Source of the DNA: a virus
Length of the DNA: 64,000 nucleotides
Reading direction: 5' to 3' (one strand)
IMG/VR virus record: IMGVR_UViG_3300025818_000017
In this document: one piece after another, positions 49,166 through 58,357 of the stretch
Layout of the letters: each line of letters starts with the position of its first letter
Position numbering within the stretch: the stretch's first letter is position 1
Made by a program: the position numbers and the translations under genes
The notes under the pieces: generated by a model
Database searches by the model: none
Seen by the model: the letters and a program-made list of their open reading frames with translations, nothing else
What the model was told of the DNA's origin: nothing

Positions 49166-49759
49166 ATGATCATATACTTAGGAATGCCTCGTTGCGCGAG
49201 TAGCTGGTTGTTTAATACCGTGTCGCAAAGGGTAGGATATGAAGGAGAGAAGGAGCCGCACTCTCTATATACTTCTGGTACTCTCACAAACACAGTGCTA
49301 GACTTCTCAACGAATAATTGGAGTATGGATAGCGATGTTGCTAGAAGTATCGATTCGCTAGTCTCGCACTATATCTTCATATTCCGCGATCCATTAGAGT
49401 TAGCCAGAAGTTATTATACGTTACTGGAATCAGAGCAAGACTTTTCGGAGTTTTATGAAACACTGATTATCCAAAAGTTACTCTGTTATGGCGATATACT
49501 GGAGCGATGGTGTAAAATTATTGATATTTCTAAACTTTTAGTGTATGATTATAATAATCATATATCTGGAAGACAGAGAGAATTTATGGAGAATATTTGT
49601 GGTGAATTGGGAATTGAGCCATCGTATACAGATGAAGTTCTTAATGCATCGAAAAGTAAAATCTGTCATGTACCAAGTAGAAAACTGTTAGATGTTACGG
49701 ATGGACAAATGAGGAAATATAATGACATTGCAGAAAAAAAGAACTTGTGGAAAGTGTAA
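49166..49759 (+). CDS. sulfotransferase-like protein
   Basis: GMPRCASSWL, KEPH, RDP. Confidence 0.8.
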   Translation: MIIYLGMPRCASSWLFNTVSQRVGYEGEKEPHSLYTSGTLTNTVLDFSTNNWSMDSDVARSIDSLVSHYIFIFRDPLELARSYYTLLESEQDFSEFYETLIIQKLLCYGDILERWCKIIDISKLLVYDYNNHISGRQREFMENICGELGIEPSYTDEVLNASKSKICHVPSRKLLDVTDGQMRKYNDIAEKKNLWKV

Positions 49760-49995
49760 GGAAGAAAAAGATATTGACCAGTTTCGTTTCATTAAAGCCA
49801 CTGGTTATTATCAATCGTATTGTAAAGAATGTATGAATGAGTATAATAAGCTAAACGCAAAAGAAAGACGCCAGAAACAGAAAGCGGAAGAAAAATCACC
49901 AGAAAGAGTTTTTGCTAACATTTTGGCAAGAAAACGCTTGACAGAAGATGATAATAGTGTATAATGGTTGTATTAAGTAATAACGGAGAATACCG

Positions 49996-50313
49996 ATGAA
50001 AAAGATTGTTTTAGTATCCGTTCTTGCCCTGACGCTATCAGGGTGTCTAACGACAACGCATCGTATGGATATCTATGACCTACGATATATGCAAGCAGAT
50101 TGTGCGAATAAAGAGGCACAAATCCGTTTTCTCAAAACACAAATGTCTACGCCTGGTGACCGACTCAAAGCGGCGATGAATACTCGTGGGTTGTTTAGTG
50201 GATTGATGGGTGCGTTGAATGGTACATACACACAACAACGAGCGATTGAACAGCGTGAATATGACGCTATTGCTAAACGATTGATTTGGGAACTTAGGAC
50301 AACTTGCCCATGA
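49996..50313 (+). CDS. lipoprotein
   Basis: LSGC lipobox. Confidence 0.75.
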   Translation: MKKIVLVSVLALTLSGCLTTTHRMDIYDLRYMQADCANKEAQIRFLKTQMSTPGDRLKAAMNTRGLFSGLMGALNGTYTQQRAIEQREYDAIAKRLIWELRTTCP

Positions 50314-50540
50314 CCGTTTATAAAGACATTGAGCAAACGGCAAATGGTCTAATCACTGGACCTACCGATGGCAAAGAACCTGGTGTGTATATCCAAGGTG
50401 ACCACGCCATTTACTATGCGGTTATGCTCATACAAGTGCTTGGTTCATACGGACGAGCAGAAAACGAGAAAGACATTATTGCCCTAAACGCTATGGGTGA
50501 TTTAGTTACACTACTACAGTCTATTGAAAAGGAATGAAAA

Positions 50541-51005
50541 ATGACAGTAAAAGTATATGAAGTTGGACCAAAGTATAAGAAAAGCCTAAACGAATACACC
50601 TTATTTACTAGTGAAAGTCTTGGTGTTACTGTTCGCACAGAAACCCTGTGGCGAGGCGGCACTTTCGTCGTTGCGATGAACGATGAAGAATACGAAGCCG
50701 CCAAGACCACAGATTATTTTGACCTTGAAGAATACCCACACGATCTGTTGGAAACTTGGGATAGTTGTTATGAAGGTTATGAAATCCTCACCGAAGTTGA
50801 TGAAGAACGTGAAGAAGAACTCAACGAAATGTTTGAGGAAGGCATGGAAGAAGACGGTCTTTTCTGGTTCGTTGATAACGAAGATTTCTTAGAAGGTGAT
50901 TGTTTATGGACGATTGAGTGCGAACTTGATATCAAAGAAGCAGATTCAGAAGAATATGGTTACTTGATTGAGGATCATAATGAAACACGGGAAAATGAAG
51001 ACTAG
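50541..51005 (+). CDS. acidic hypothetical protein
   Basis: AAGGA RBS, intact ORF. Confidence 0.6.
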   Translation: MTVKVYEVGPKYKKSLNEYTLFTSESLGVTVRTETLWRGGTFVVAMNDEEYEAAKTTDYFDLEEYPHDLLETWDSCYEGYEILTEVDEEREEELNEMFEEGMEEDGLFWFVDNEDFLEGDCLWTIECELDIKEADSEEYGYLIEDHNETRENED

Positions 51006-51534
51006 TATTGCGGCATTCACCGTTGCGGCACTTATGTCCTCTGTTGCGTCAGCAGAGTGTGTATTGAAACAATATACCACTACTGACCAGCAAGGTAAGA
51101 TTGAAAGTGTTCAAAATGTCCGAAAAGATTCTGTTCCGTGGAACGATAATAAACGGAAATGTATCGTCACATTTGAAGCAAAAGTGAATGGTAACTGGCA
51201 TAGTGGCGTTGGTTCTTATGTATTCTCTAATAACGAGAGTGAAGGAAAGTCTTGTGCTATTGCGTTCAATACTGGTAAGAAAATCTTGCTTGAAGAACTG
51301 TATCCACAGAAACTAGAAAGCAATGATGTATTGGTTTGTACCGATGGGGAAGACGCCAAGCCTAAAACTGGTTTGGAAGGATTGACTCCTATCAACCGTC
51401 CAGAGTTTGCTTATGAGGGCAAGCGTTGTGGTTGGTTCTATGAGACTGTCCAAGAAGGTGATAGTCTTTATCAATATACGGTTATTGCGTGTGAAATGCG
51501 TCCTGACCGCTGGAACATTATGGATAGGTTCTGA
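50980..51534 (+). CDS. secreted hypothetical protein
   Basis: signal peptide, paired cysteines. Confidence 0.6.
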   Translation: MKHGKMKTSIAAFTVAALMSSVASAECVLKQYTTTDQQGKIESVQNVRKDSVPWNDNKRKCIVTFEAKVNGNWHSGVGSYVFSNNESEGKSCAIAFNTGKKILLEELYPQKLESNDVLVCTDGEDAKPKTGLEGLTPINRPEFAYEGKRCGWFYETVQEGDSLYQYTVIACEMRPDRWNIMDRF

Positions 51535-51934
51535 TGACCGAAGATCAAATCAAACGACTAAAATCTATTGATATGGCATTGGACCGTTTGGCTTATCATT
51601 TAGAAGGCATCCAGCCATACCATCCTTGTATTGATAGAACGATGAATTGGTGGTGTGCGGCATCAACCGAAGTCCAATCCTTACTGGAAGAAGTGGAGAA
51701 AGAAAAATGAACAAAGAAGAGATTAAAGTTATTAGTTTTGTTGAAAACGAAGATGGTTCAGCGAATATTGAACTTGATGTATCGGACGATGTTAAACAAA
51801 TGATTTTGAACGAAGGGTTCAAAAGTATTTTGCAAAAATATATTGACGAACACGAAAAAAACACTTGACAAATATTAAATGTATAGTATAATAGATGTAT
51901 GAGTTTTGTAAAACCTAAAATGGAAGGTACTAAA

Positions 51935-52591
51935 ATGAAGACTAGACTACTTGCATCAGTTGCCCTTGTTGGCTTGCTTGCCGCTTGTGCTGCTGACCCC
52001 GGTTCACCCGAATCTCGGTATGAACTGTATCAAAAGCAACAAGAGGCTAAACAAGAGGCTCTTGAAGACCGTGTAGCCGATATCCCTGATTGGTTTATCG
52101 ATGTTCCGCAGAGTGACCACGCTGTATTCTCTGTCGGTTCTGGTCGTTCACCGTCATTGGATATGGCGTTGACGAAAGCTACTCTCTCTGCCAAGCGCCA
52201 GCTTGCAGACCGTATTGCGGGTGAACTTTCTGAAATCATCCGTGAGTTCGCAACGGAAATGGGTTCAGTTGATAATCCAGTTGTGATGGAAGAACTGGAA
52301 CGTGCCACGCAGAACTTCGTGAAGCGTGTTCCTGTTCATGGTTACCGTGTCTCTAATAAGAGCATCCAGGTTGACCGTGGTTCGTATGTTGCGTACATTC
52401 TTCTTGAGTATGGTGACGAGGAAATCAACAAGGTTCTTCGGCGTCAGTTGGAGCGTGAGCGTAACGCTACCAAAAACGAGAACAAGAAGAAACTATACGA
52501 CAAGCTTGACGAACAGCTTGATAAGCGTGTAGATTCTGGTAACAACGGTAACGACAAGCATGTTGGTAAAGGTAAACATAAGTCAGCGTAA
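51935..52591 (+). CDS. LPP20-like lipoprotein
   Basis: LAAC lipobox, IPDWF, AKRQLA. Confidence 0.75.
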   Translation: MKTRLLASVALVGLLAACAADPGSPESRYELYQKQQEAKQEALEDRVADIPDWFIDVPQSDHAVFSVGSGRSPSLDMALTKATLSAKRQLADRIAGELSEIIREFATEMGSVDNPVVMEELERATQNFVKRVPVHGYRVSNKSIQVDRGSYVAYILLEYGDEEINKVLRRQLERERNATKNENKKKLYDKLDEQLDKRVDSGNNGNDKHVGKGKHKSA

Positions 52592-52860
52592 GATAGACAA
52601 TCGTTTCTACAAAGTGTGGGGGTAGAGGATGCTAACTCTACCCCCTTTTTATTAACCTTTTGTAAACCACCCTTTTTCTAAATAACGATATGGTACAGGA
52701 ACAAGAAAAACTATTAGACGAATTCCACGCTATATACAGGGAGAAAGAACGCCTCAAAGAACTTGAGGAACAGGTTATTCGTCTTATTTCCGAAGCAACA
52801 CAACCTAAAAAACATTCATAAATACCTTGACATATTCTAAAAATATGTTAGGATAGTATT

Positions 52861-54021
52861 ATGAAAATAAACGAAGTCACAGAACCCCGCAAAGTAGATA
52901 CTTCTTCAATCGTCACACCGGACTTGAAGGAAATCTTTCGTGCGTTTGAAGCGGCTGGCAAGAACATCAAGATTGCTGGTGGTGCTGTTCGTGACCTTCT
53001 GCTTGGCAAAGAACCAAAAGATATTGATCTTGCCACAGACGCAACCCCCGACGAAATGAAAGAAATCCTTGCTGGTTTCAGAACCATTGACACTGGCTTG
53101 GAACACGGTACAATCACTGTGCTTGGTCGTAACGAAGGGGAAGAGTTTGAAATCACTACATTGCGTATTGATGTCGCCACGGATGGCAGACACGCCGATG
53201 TAGAATGGACAACTGATTTCCGCCAAGATGCTGATCGCCGTGACCTGACATTCAACGCTATGTTCATGGACTTGGATGGAACACTACACGATTTCCACGG
53301 TGGAGAAAAAGACCTCTACAGTGGAACAGCCCGTTTCGTTGGTAATGCTCAAAATCGTATTGAAGAAGATTTCTTGCGTATTCTGCGTTTCTTCCGTTTC
53401 CAAGGGCGTATGAAGTTTCCTAAATGGGACCAAGAAACGCTACACACAATCAAGCGCACTGCTGATGGTCTAAAACAGATTAGCGGTGAACGTGTTGCTA
53501 TGGAAATGGAAAAGATTCTAAAAGGCAAGCACACCATTGACCTGTTGGAAAAGATGGATGAAACTGGTATCTTGGATATCATTGGTTTCAAGCCTAACTT
53601 GAAAAAGTTAGAACAAGTTAAGAAAGTTACGGATGATTTCGCAACTTTGCTTGCTGCTTCTGTTGGTTCAACCAAGAAGATTGAAGATATCAAAGCCCGT
53701 TGGAAACTGTCTAACACTATTACTGATAGTGCTACCTTTGTGCTGGATAATGCTGATGTTGGTAAAGATGAAACGACATTGAAAGTATTGGCAGCAAAAC
53801 CAAAGACAAAGATCAACGATGCTGCCCGTATCGCTTTGTTCAACGAAGACAAACCGTTGGCTAAAATGATTGTGAAATGGGAGCCACCCGTGTTTCCTAT
53901 CACGGGTAAAGACCTGATTGCCCGTGGTGTAAAGCCTGGGAAAGAAATGGGTATGATGCTTGCTGACTTGCGAAAAAAATGGGAAGATTCTGGTTTCCCT
54001 AATGATTTTTCTATTGACTAA
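52861..54021 (+). CDS. cca: CCA-adding tRNA nucleotidyltransferase
   Basis: GGAVRD, DIDLAT, EITTLR, RRDLTFNA, EDFLRILRFFRF, ERV. Confidence 0.95.
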   Translation: MKINEVTEPRKVDTSSIVTPDLKEIFRAFEAAGKNIKIAGGAVRDLLLGKEPKDIDLATDATPDEMKEILAGFRTIDTGLEHGTITVLGRNEGEEFEITTLRIDVATDGRHADVEWTTDFRQDADRRDLTFNAMFMDLDGTLHDFHGGEKDLYSGTARFVGNAQNRIEEDFLRILRFFRFQGRMKFPKWDQETLHTIKRTADGLKQISGERVAMEMEKILKGKHTIDLLEKMDETGILDIIGFKPNLKKLEQVKKVTDDFATLLAASVGSTKKIEDIKARWKLSNTITDSATFVLDNADVGKDETTLKVLAAKPKTKINDAARIALFNEDKPLAKMIVKWEPPVFPITGKDLIARGVKPGKEMGMMLADLRKKWEDSGFPNDFSID

Positions 54022-54168
54022 CTCACATAATAGGTGATATAATACATCTATACTCGAACAGCACGGAAAACATCTAAAAAAACTTTAAAAAAGACGCATT
54101 TAAGTGTTGACAATCAAGTAAAAGATAAGTATAATATACATACATAATGAATGAACACAACGAGTTTT

Positions 54169-54349
54169 AGGATACTCACAGCAACTATTATGAATCTTTT
54201 ATTGGAAAAAGCAGAATAGTATCCTGTCTTATTGGGGAAGCATGCAGCAAATAACTTTACATCCGTAGAAAGGGCCACAAGCCCGCCATTATACTCCTTC
54301 AAGGGAAACCGCTTCCCGCACTAATGGGGAACCTTGAAGGGAGTATTTT
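54169..54349 (+). ncRNA. two tandem stem-NNN-CAGCAA-stem RNA elements plus overlapping terminator-like hairpin in the TROVE leader
   Basis: AGGATAC-TCA-CAGCAA...GTATCCT-G and GGGAAGC-ATG-CAGCAA...GCTTCCC-G. Confidence 0.7.
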
Positions 54350-54372
54350 GGTTTTAACAAGAGGGAAGAGAT

Positions 54373-55818
54373 ATGAGTAACACATTCGCAGAAGCAGTTG
54401 AAACAACAGAACAAGTAGTTCTTGGTGAGAACGGTATGCCTACGCTTTCCAGTTCTTTGAATAAGAACGTCGATCTGTTTTTCGCTATTGGTGCTTCTCG
54501 TGGTAAAGATATCACCGACCTCTATGAAGGTGCTTATCAGGAAAACCGTGAAACCGCTGTCCGTTGCCTTATGTGGGCACGAGACATTCGTGGTGGTGCC
54601 GGTGAGCGTCAGACCTTCCGTAATCTATTGAAGTACTTGGAGAAGGTTCATCCAAACACTTTGCTACAGGTTCTACCAAAGATTCCAGAATATGGTCGTT
54701 GGGATGACTTGCTAGTGTTTGAACGTGACTTCATCCGTGAACAAGCATTTGACCTAATCAAGAACGCTCTTGATGATGGTAACGGGCTTGCTGCAAAGTG
54801 GATGCCTCGTAAGGGCAAACTCGCTCACGCTATGCGTAACCATTTTGGTATGACACCAAAGCAGTATCGTAAGACTTTGGTAAATCTATCAAAGACTGTG
54901 GAACAACAGATGTGTGCCAAGGATTGGGAAAACATCAACTACAGTCATGTTCCAAGCGTGGCAGCATCCCGTTACCAGAATGCGTTCAATCGTCACGATC
55001 CAGATGGCTATAGTGCCTATCGTGAAGGTCTAATCCGCAACGATGGTTCTGTGAAAATCAATGCGTCTGCCATCTACCCATATGATGTAATCAAGGGTAT
55101 GAACAAGGGTGACTTGGATGTGTCTATCGCACAGTGGGATGCATTGCCAGACTATCTTGGTGACAATGCTATTCTGCCAATGGTAGATGTTAGTAGTTCA
55201 ATGACTTGTTCTGCTGGTGGTTCATCCACAACTTGTATGGATGTTGCTATTTCACTTGGTCTGTATATCGCAGATAAGCAGAAGGGTCCATTCCGCAACC
55301 AGATTATGACTTTCAGTGCCAATCCAGTATTACAGTCACTAACTGGTACAATCTACGAGAAGTACACACAGCTTCGTCGTGCCGATTGGGGAATGAATAC
55401 TAACCTATTGGCGGCATTTGACCGTATCCTTGAGGTTGCTACTAGCAACAACATTGACCAAAGTCAGATGCCAAAGTATCTGCTAATCCTAAGTGATATG
55501 CAGTTTGATGAAGCAACTGGTAGTTCTTACAGTTGGGGTGCCCGTGGTGGCTCTGTTCCAACTATGGATGCCGGTGCATTTGCACAGGCTCGTAGCAAGT
55601 TTGAGAAGGCTGGCTACGAACTACCAACTATTGTCTTCTGGAATCTGAATGCCCGTGGCAATCAGGCACCAGTAAGTTACAATGAGAATGGGGTGTGTCT
55701 GGTAAGTGGTTTCTCACCTTCAATCGTTGAAAGCGTATTGAAGGCGCAGAAGATCACACCAGAGGGTATCATGATTGATGCCTTGTACGGTCCAAGATAT
55801 GATGGGATCGTATACTAA
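54373..55818 (+). CDS. TROVE/Ro60-like protein with vWA domain (DUF2828-type)
   Basis: RDIRGGAGER, YGRWDDL, AKWMPR, VDVSSSM (MIDAS), SDMQFD, FWNL, VSGFS. Confidence 0.88.
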   Translation: MSNTFAEAVETTEQVVLGENGMPTLSSSLNKNVDLFFAIGASRGKDITDLYEGAYQENRETAVRCLMWARDIRGGAGERQTFRNLLKYLEKVHPNTLLQVLPKIPEYGRWDDLLVFERDFIREQAFDLIKNALDDGNGLAAKWMPRKGKLAHAMRNHFGMTPKQYRKTLVNLSKTVEQQMCAKDWENINYSHVPSVAASRYQNAFNRHDPDGYSAYREGLIRNDGSVKINASAIYPYDVIKGMNKGDLDVSIAQWDALPDYLGDNAILPMVDVSSSMTCSAGGSSTTCMDVAISLGLYIADKQKGPFRNQIMTFSANPVLQSLTGTIYEKYTQLRRADWGMNTNLLAAFDRILEVATSNNIDQSQMPKYLLILSDMQFDEATGSSYSWGARGGSVPTMDAGAFAQARSKFEKAGYELPTIVFWNLNARGNQAPVSYNENGVCLVSGFSPSIVESVLKAQKITPEGIMIDALYGPRYDGIVY

Positions 55819-56167
55819 CTCCACCCACGGGAAAGGCAGTCTAACGATTGTCGAGATACGAGCGATGGCGGGGGCTACGTAATCTAACTATGCTAAATAA
55901 AGTCGTGATGAACAAAAGTATCAATACACAAAAGTTTGACTGAGGAATGTCGGTGAAGTACTGGCATTCCTTTTCTTTTAACCAGCAGGAGAAACTAAAA
56001 TGGACAGTATCGAATACATTGAAATGACGGGTTGCGAGAGGTTGTTGGAGAGAGTGAATACAAAAAGTGCAAATACACCTTGGGGTGATAACATTGAAAG
56101 TCAAAACTTAGAGATTGTAAAAGAGTTTCTAACACATAGATATCAGGAATTGAAAGGGAAACAGTAA

Positions 56168-56386
56168 GTGGCTAAAGAAGGTTTGCTAGAATTTGATGGT
56201 GACGTTATCGATGTTCTACCACAAAGTATGTTTCAAGTTCGTCTTGATAACGACCACGAAGTTCTAGCTTACCTTAGTGGTAAGATACGAACCAACAAAA
56301 TTAAGATTGTTGAAGGTGATCGTGTCAAGCTCGAAATGAGTACATATGACCTTGGAAAAGGCAGAATAACGTACAGGTACAAGTAA
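56168..56386 (+). CDS. infA: translation initiation factor IF-1
   Basis: LPQSMFQVRLDNDHEVLAYLSGKIR...GDRV..EMSTYDL.KGRITYR. Confidence 0.97.
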   Translation: MAKEGLLEFDGDVIDVLPQSMFQVRLDNDHEVLAYLSGKIRTNKIKIVEGDRVKLEMSTYDLGKGRITYRYK

Positions 56387-56907
56387 TGGGTAAGAGAAGC
56401 GATTTCGTTAGAATCGCCAGGGACTATTATCCGACGCCAGTAAATGCAGTTTTGCCTTTGCTACCTCACCTTACGGAAGGTACTAAGTTTGCTGAACCTT
56501 GTGCTGGTGACAGTCGCTTGGTGAAACACTTAGAAAGTTTCGGTCATAAATGTGTGATGGCGATAGACATAGAACCACAGGACGAAAGTGTTGACCAGTT
56601 AGACATTTTCGATTTACAGTGGACTAGTGGTGCCGATATGTTTATCACTAATCCCCCTTGGGACAGAAAAATCTTACATCCTCTTATTATACATTTGAGT
56701 GATATTGCCCCAACATGGTTGTTATTTGATGCTGATTGGGTTCATACCAAACAGAGCGCAGAATATATGCCGAGGTTGAAAAAGATTGTGAGTATTGGTA
56801 GGGTCAAGTGGATCGAAGATTCTAAAATGACCGGAAAAGACAACTGTGCTTGGCATCTGTTTGATGTAAATAATAAAGAAGAAACAAAGTTTTACGGGAG
56901 AGTATAA
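56386..56907 (+). CDS. orphan amino-DNA methyltransferase
   Basis: DYYPTP, EPCAG, ITNPPW. Confidence 0.85.
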   Translation: MGKRSDFVRIARDYYPTPVNAVLPLLPHLTEGTKFAEPCAGDSRLVKHLESFGHKCVMAIDIEPQDESVDQLDIFDLQWTSGADMFITNPPWDRKILHPLIIHLSDIAPTWLLFDADWVHTKQSAEYMPRLKKIVSIGRVKWIEDSKMTGKDNCAWHLFDVNNKEETKFYGRV

Positions 56908-57230
56908 TGATAACATTGACTGAATCTGCGACGAAGCATTTTTCCCAACTAATGGAAGATTATGGGCACGAAGCATTTGTATTCGGAGTATCTGGTGGCG
57001 GGTGTGCTGGTTTCAACTATCTTCTAAAAGAAATATCTTTGGATGAAGTCCAAGAAGATGATGAAGTATTGGACTTTGACGGTGTAAAAATCGTGGTTGA
57101 TGGTGCCAGTATGTTTGCTATTGCTGGCACTCAAATCGATTGGAAAACTGACCTAATGGGTTCACGTTTTGACTTTTCTAATCCTTTGGCGCAATCTGGT
57201 TGTGGTTGCGGTACAAGTTTCTCAATCTGA
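56907..57230 (+). CDS. iscA: Fe-S cluster assembly protein, IscA/SufA/HesB family
   Basis: GGCAG, F.NP, CGCG.SF. Confidence 0.95.
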   Translation: MITLTESATKHFSQLMEDYGHEAFVFGVSGGGCAGFNYLLKEISLDEVQEDDEVLDFDGVKIVVDGASMFAIAGTQIDWKTDLMGSRFDFSNPLAQSGCGCGTSFSI

Positions 57231-58295
57231 CTTAGGTTCAGTTTTCGGATTTGAGAGTTCGTCTGCCTGCTCTTTAGCTTCTTCCTTCCCTAATAAACCA
57301 AGTGTAATGGTCAACTCAATAGTTGTCCCTTCTCTTAACAGAGTAATATCCATATCTTCGTATGGTGATTTATATTGAAGGATATCGAAGAGATCATTTA
57401 CGTGATGGATTTCTTTACCGTCTGCTGCTAGGATTACGTCTTTTGGCTCTATCCCAGCTTCTTCCGCTGCACTACCTTCTTCAACTTTCTCAATGGACAC
57501 CTGTTGTGTTTCGGGATCATAGTGAAGATGGGTTCCCATTCTAGGGCGATCAATTCTGCCATTCTCAATAAGCTTGGCTACGACATACTGAGCATTTTCA
57601 CTATCAACACTCATGCTCAATCCGATACTTCCGCCAGACTTGGATAGAATAAATGTATTGATAGCGACAATCTTACCATCCATTGTCATCAAGGGACCAC
57701 CGCTGTTCCCTTGGTTGATAGATACATCGCTTTGTACCACTGTCTGCCAACCATTGGAAATGCGTCTTTTCTTGTGACTTACAACACCCTTACTGACTGT
57801 CCAAGCTAATCCTTGCGGATGCCCGATAGCCCAAACTTCTTGTCCGGGGCGTAACTTATTACTATCTCCCCACGACATTGGTTCTACGCTCTCCAATACC
57901 TTCTCATCGATTTTTAGAACAGCAATATCACTGAGTGGGTCAGTACCTACTAAAGTAGCAATGTGAGGGGTTGAATCTTCTTCGAAGTAAATCTTTATTT
58001 TCTTTGCTCCGTCGATTACGTGGTTATTCGTTATGATATACTTGTGTTTTGAGGGAACTTTACCGTTTATAATAAACCCAGTACCTAAACCTGTCTTCTC
58101 AGGCTTGTTTTTCTTTAGGTAGTTATCAAGTAGCGATCCTGGTGTCATTCCAGACAATGTAGGTTGTTCTTGACTAACCTCGACAACAACAATCGATTTT
58201 CTTACAACATCAACTGTGTCTAGAAACTCTTCATTCGAATGAGCGAATGATGCGATGGGAATAAGCAGAAGTGCCAGTACAATAAATATACGCAT
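57222..58295 (-). CDS. degP: HtrA/DegP serine protease with PDZ domain
   Basis: GTGF, TNNHV, SDIAVL, INQGNSGGPL. Confidence 0.96.
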   Translation of the reverse strand: MRIFIVLALLLIPIASFAHSNEEFLDTVDVVRKSIVVVEVSQEQPTLSGMTPGSLLDNYLKKNKPEKTGLGTGFIINGKVPSKHKYIITNNHVIDGAKKIKIYFEEDSTPHIATLVGTDPLSDIAVLKIDEKVLESVEPMSWGDSNKLRPGQEVWAIGHPQGLAWTVSKGVVSHKKRRISNGWQTVVQSDVSINQGNSGGPLMTMDGKIVAINTFILSKSGGSIGLSMSVDSENAQYVVAKLIENGRIDRPRMGTHLHYDPETQQVSIEKVEEGSAAEEAGIEPKDVILAADGKEIHHVNDLFDILQYKSPYEDMDITLLREGTTIELTITLGLLGKEEAKEQADELSNPKTEPKSD

Positions 58296-58357
58296 ATAAT
58301 ATTTAGCAATAAAAAATATTTCCACGAAGATAAATACATAAAACAGGAGTTGCTTGA

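Noticed and set aside
54169-54349. Possible tRNA genes upstream of TROVE
   Set aside because: There is no T-loop, D-loop or acceptor/CCA layout. I saw no canonical tRNA anywhere in the window.
55819-55880. c-di-GMP-I (GEMM) riboswitch or self-cleaving ribozyme
   Set aside because: Only a superficial GCAGTCTAA resemblance; the conserved cores of GEMM, hammerhead, twister and pistol are missing.
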